Source: Casimicrobiaceae bacterium
GTDB taxonomy: Bacteria; Pseudomonadota; Gammaproteobacteria; Burkholderiales; Casimicrobiaceae
Length of the DNA: 51,841 nt
Direction of reading: 5' to 3'
NCBI GenBank assembly: GCA_035711225.1
Contig: DASTCK010000025.1
Coordinates: 1-51,841 of the forward strand
Shown here: positions 48,198 through 51,841 of the stretch, piece after piece
How positions within the stretch are numbered: position 1 is the stretch's first letter
Layout: every line of letters begins with the position of its first letter
The notes under the pieces: generated by a model
The model's input: only the letters and a program-made list of their open reading frames with translations
Told to the model about the DNA's origin: nothing
The model's database searches: none
Position numbers and translations under genes: made by a program

Positions 48198-48339
48198 CCG
48201 GGAGCCCGTTGGCCGCCGATTGCAGCGCCGGCGTCGCCCGAGGTGGCGCATTCACCGGCGTGGATCGCCCTCGACGGGCAGGCAGTCGGCTTGGCCCCGC
48301 TGTGCGACCCCGCCGACGCCACGGGGTCGCTGCCGGCGG

Positions 48340-49515
48340 TCACCTGACCACGGTCCCCGAGGCGGGGGTCGACGCATCCGGCACGATGTCGAGGTTGCCG
48401 AGGCCCGAGAACACGTTGCGGTTCTTGGCCTCCTTGCCTTCGAGCTTGATCGTGAGGCGCAGGTCGTTGAGCGAGTCGGCGTTGCGCAGCGCGTCCTCGT
48501 AGCTGATGAGGCCGGCCTCGTAGAGGTCGAACAGCGACTGGTCGAAGGTCTGCATGCCGAGCTCGCGGCTGCGCTTCATGATGTCCTTGATCCCGCCGAC
48601 GTCGCCCTTGAAGATCAGGTCGGAGATCAGCGGCGAAGTCAGCATCACCTCGACGGCGGGCACGCGGCCCTTGCCGTCGCGCCGCGGGATCAGGCGCTGC
48701 GCGACGAACGCGCGCACGTTGAGCGACAGGTCCATCAGGAGCTGGCTGCGCCGCTCCTCGGGGAAGAAGTTGATGATGCGGTCGAGCGCCTGGTTCGTGC
48801 TGTTCGCGTGCAGCGTCGCGAGGCACAGGTGGCCGGTCTCGGCGAACGCGATCGCGTAGTCCATCGTCTCCCGCTCGCGGATCTCGCCGATCAGGATCAC
48901 GTCGGGCGCCTGGCGCAGCGTGTTCTTGAGCGCGATGTGCCAGCCGTCGGTGTCCACGCCCACCTCGCGCTGCGTGATGATGCAGTTGTGGTGCATGTGG
49001 ACGAACTCGATCGGGTCCTCGATCGTGATGATGTGGCCGAAGCTGTTCTCGTTGCGGTAGCCGAGCAGCGCCGCCATCGACGTCGACTTGCCGCTGCCGG
49101 TCGCGCCGACGAACAGCATGATGCCGCGCTTGCTCATGATCACGTCGCGCAGCACCGGCGGGAGCCCCAGCTCCTCGAACTTCGGGATCGAGGTGTTGAT
49201 CGTCCGCAGCACCATGCCCACTCGCGCCTGCTGGACGAACGCGTTGACGCGGAAGCGGCCGATGCCCGGCGGGCTGATCGCGAAGTTGCACTCCTTGGTC
49301 GACTCGAACTCGGACGCCTGCTTGTCGTTCATCACGCTGCGCACGAGCTCGATCGTGTGCTGCGGCGTGAGCGACGACTTCGACACCGGCGTGATCTTGC
49401 CGTCGACCTTGATCGCCGGCGGGAAGTCCGCCGTGATGAACAGGTCGGAGCCCTTCTGCTTGACCAGCAGGTCGAGCAGCTCGTGGATGAACTTGGTGGC
49501 GCGTTCGCGTTCCAT
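48340..49515 (-). CDS. pilU: Type IV pilus retraction ATPase PilU
   Basis: GSDLFIT..FPP, GATGSGKST, LKNTLRQAPDVILIGEIR, QALDRIINFFPE. Confidence 0.95.
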   Translation of the reverse strand: MERERATKFIHELLDLLVKQKGSDLFITADFPPAIKVDGKITPVSKSSLTPQHTIELVRSVMNDKQASEFESTKECNFAISPPGIGRFRVNAFVQQARVGMVLRTINTSIPKFEELGLPPVLRDVIMSKRGIMLFVGATGSGKSTSMAALLGYRNENSFGHIITIEDPIEFVHMHHNCIITQREVGVDTDGWHIALKNTLRQAPDVILIGEIRERETMDYAIAFAETGHLCLATLHANSTNQALDRIINFFPEERRSQLLMDLSLNVRAFVAQRLIPRRDGKGRVPAVEVMLTSPLISDLIFKGDVGGIKDIMKRSRELGMQTFDQSLFDLYEAGLISYEDALRNADSLNDLRLTIKLEGKEAKNRNVFSGLGNLDIVPDASTPASGTVVR

Positions 49516-49543
49516 CGTCGTCCTCGGAGGCGGGGCGCCGGCG

Positions 49544-50587
49544 TCAGCCGCCGAACAGCTCCTTGTTCACCGCGCGCATGCGCGCTTCGGCGGCGCTGAC
49601 CTGGTTGCGGCGGACCATCTCGACCAGGCACTGGTCGAGGGTCTGCATCCCGACCGCCTGCGACGTCTGGATCGCCGAGTACATCTGGGCGACCTTGTTC
49701 TCGCGGATCAGGTTGCGGATCGCGGGCGTGCCGACCATGATCTCGTGCGCCGCGACGCGGCCCTGGCCGTCCTTGGTCTTGAGCAGCGTCTGCGAGATCA
49801 CGGCGACGATCGACTCCGACAGCATCGCCCGGACCATGTCCTTCTCGGCCGCCGGGAACACGTCGATGATGCGGTCGACGGTCTTGGCCGCCGAGCTCGT
49901 GTGCAGCGTCGCGAACACCAGGTGGCCCGTCTCCGCGGCGGTCAGCGCGAGCCGGATCGTCTCGAGGTCGCGCATCTCGCCGACCAGGATGTAGTCGGGG
50001 TCCTCGCGCAACGCGCTGCGCAGCGCGTTGCTGAACGACAGCGTGTGCGGCCCGACCTCGCGCTGGTTGATCAGGCACTTCTTCGACTCGTGCAGGAACT
50101 CGATCGGGTCCTCGATCGTCAGCACGTGGCCGTACTCGTTCTCGTTCACGTGGTTGACCATCGCGGCGAGCGTGGTCGACTTGCCCGAGCCGGTGGGGCC
50201 GGTGACGAGGATCAGGCCGCGGGGGCGCATCGTGAGCTCGGCGAACGACTTCGGCGCGTTGAGCTCCTCGAGCGACAGCACCTTCGAGGGAATCGTCCGG
50301 AACGCGGCCGACGCGCCGCGCTGCTGGTTGAACGCGTTGACGCGGAAGCGCGCGAGGTTGGGGACCGCGAAGCTGAAGTCGCACTCCAGCGTCTCCTCGT
50401 ACATCTTCCGCTGCGCGTCGCTCATGATGTCGTACACCATGGCGTGCACGTCGTCGTGCTCCATCGGCGGCAGGTTGATGCGCCGGATGTCGCCGTGGAC
50501 GCGGATCATCGGAGGCAGGCCCGACGACAGGTGCAGGTCGGACGCCTTGTTCTTGACCGCGAAGGCGAGGAGCTCGGTGATGTCCAT
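49544..50587 (-). CDS. pilT: Type IV pilus retraction ATPase PilT
   Basis: MDITELLAF, GPTGSGKSTT, ALREDPD, AIRNLIRE. Confidence 0.98.
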   Translation of the reverse strand: MDITELLAFAVKNKASDLHLSSGLPPMIRVHGDIRRINLPPMEHDDVHAMVYDIMSDAQRKMYEETLECDFSFAVPNLARFRVNAFNQQRGASAAFRTIPSKVLSLEELNAPKSFAELTMRPRGLILVTGPTGSGKSTTLAAMVNHVNENEYGHVLTIEDPIEFLHESKKCLINQREVGPHTLSFSNALRSALREDPDYILVGEMRDLETIRLALTAAETGHLVFATLHTSSAAKTVDRIIDVFPAAEKDMVRAMLSESIVAVISQTLLKTKDGQGRVAAHEIMVGTPAIRNLIRENKVAQMYSAIQTSQAVGMQTLDQCLVEMVRRNQVSAAEARMRAVNKELFGG

Positions 50588-50694
50588 GCGACGGGCCCTA
50601 TAATCGCGCGGCGAAGCGGCGGGAACGCACCGCAGCAGCAACGCGCAAGCAGGAAACGTGCCGTCCGTCGGCGCGATGCCAACGTCATCCGATT

Positions 50695-51405
50695 ATGGGC
50701 CTCGACGAGAAGGCGTGGCAAGACGCGCGCGACCGCATCGCCCGGGCGGCCCGGGCCGCCGGGCGGGCGCCGTCGTCGGTGCGGCTGGTGGCCGTGTCGA
50801 AGACCCGGCCCGCCGAGGCGGTCCGCGAGGCCTGGGCGCTGGGCCAGCGCGCGTTCGGGGAGAACTACGTGCAGGAGGCGGCGGCCAAGCGCGCGGCGCT
50901 CGCCGGCCTCGAGGGCATCGAATGGCGGCTGATCGGGCCGTTGCAGAGCAACAAGGCGGGCCTCGCCGCGGAGGTGTTCGACGCCGTGGAAACGGTCGAC
51001 CGGCTGAAGATCGCCGAGCGGCTGTCCGCGGCGCGACCGGCCTCCGCGCCTCCGCTCGAGGTGCTCGTGCAGGTCAACATCAGCGGCGAGGCGTCGAAGA
51101 GCGGGGTGACGCCGGACGGCGCAGTGGCGCTGGCGCGACAGGTGGCGGCGCTTCCCCGGCTGAAGCTGGCCGGGTTCATGGGCATCGCGGCGCCGACCGG
51201 CGACATCGCGGTCCAGCGCGCTCAATTCGGGCGGCTCGCGCGCTGCCGGGACGACGCGCGGCGGGCGGGCCTCGACCTGCCGGTGCTGTCGATGGGAATG
51301 ACCGCGGATCTCGAGGCCGCGATCGCCGAGGGCGCGACGGAGGTCCGGGTGGGGACGGCGTTGTTCGGCGAAAGGACTAAGGCGGCGATAGGCGATGGGC
51401 GATAG
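50695..51405 (+). CDS. yggS: PLP homeostasis protein YggS
   Basis: LVAVSKT, FGENYVQE, IGPLQSNK, LSMGM, VRVGTALFG. Confidence 0.95.
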   Translation: MGLDEKAWQDARDRIARAARAAGRAPSSVRLVAVSKTRPAEAVREAWALGQRAFGENYVQEAAAKRAALAGLEGIEWRLIGPLQSNKAGLAAEVFDAVETVDRLKIAERLSAARPASAPPLEVLVQVNISGEASKSGVTPDGAVALARQVAALPRLKLAGFMGIAAPTGDIAVQRAQFGRLARCRDDARRAGLDLPVLSMGMTADLEAAIAEGATEVRVGTALFGERTKAAIGDGR

Positions 51406-51576
51406 GCGATGGGCGATAGGCGATAGGCGATAGGCGATAGGCGATAGGCGATAGGATGGCGGCGCGCGGGGGCCACGCGTCTTCTTCCGCCCCGAAATGT
51501 TCTGCGCCCGCGGGTTTTCCTATCGCCTATCGCCCATCGCCTATCGCCCGTCCTCCGCCGCCCATCGCCCATCGCT
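51384..51576. repeat. Heptamer tandem repeat (GGCGATR)x10 with inverted copies (YATCGCC)x4+2
   Basis: Direct array 51384-51453; inverted arrays 51521-51548 and 51563-51576. Confidence 0.95.
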
Positions 51577-51582
51577 GCCCCC

Positions 51583-51841
51583 ATGTCCATCACCTTCCTC
51601 GGCGCCGGCAACATGGCCACCGCGATCGCGGGCGGGCTGATCGCGCGCGGACGCCATGCGCGGGACATCGTGTTCGTCGATCCGGTGGACGAGCAGCGCG
51701 CGCGTCTCGCATCGCTCTACTCGGGGGCTCGGACGTTCGCGGCGCCCGTCGCCGACGCGTTCGCCGGCGCGACGATCGTCGTGCTCGCCGTCAAGCCGCA
51801 GCAGATGCGCGAGGCGTGCCCGGCGCTCGCTCCGCACGTCG
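51583..51841 (+). CDS. proC: Pyrroline-5-carboxylate reductase, 5' part (truncated by window end)
   Basis: ITFLGAGNMA.AI.GGL, VLAVKPQ; follows yggS. Confidence 0.93.
   Translation, partial: MSITFLGAGNMATAIAGGLIARGRHARDIVFVDPVDEQRARLASLYSGARTFAAPVADAFAGATIVVLAVKPQQMREACPALAPHV

Noticed and set aside
51222-51668. Minus-strand ORF with PIAYRLS repeats
   Set aside because: It is the translation of the heptamer DNA repeat and overlaps yggS and proC antisense

Overview
High-GC betaproteobacterial chromosomal window, probably Burkholderiales/Nitrosomonadales-like judging from gene order. It is mostly housekeeping: glnA-ntrBC with a sigma54/NtrC promoter, xth, lrgAB, hppD, prlC, amgK-murU, lptD-surA, an RlmL-like methyltransferase, hemJ, nodIJ-like ABC, a polyamine ABC transporter, the ubiE-Tim44-ubiJ...ubiB cluster, pilTU, yggS and proC. 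Two accessory islets interrupt conserved gene strings. (1) About 38.1-43.4 kb, between ubiJ and ubiB: a 1065-aa MalT-like STAND ATPase/TPR regulator with a C-terminal SARP-type wHTH-BTAD module. It is followed by an intergenic region with 11-bp-phased GTCAG repeats and an IHF consensus, then a four-gene unit (possible dead gluzincin, 57-aa membrane peptide, monoheme cytochrome c, basic 64-aa ORF). This is the best candidate for an undescribed system. (2) About 18.6-23.2 kb, after surA: an 828-aa Ig plus glycoside-hydrolase-like protein, a broken acyltransferase-3 gene and an intact acyltransferase-3 gene. Several REP-like palindrome families and heptamer arrays fill intergenic spaces, and one REP copy sits in frame inside amgK. 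No rRNA, tRNA, CRISPR array, transposase or integrase was seen. All functional calls come from motif recognition by eye; no searches were run.
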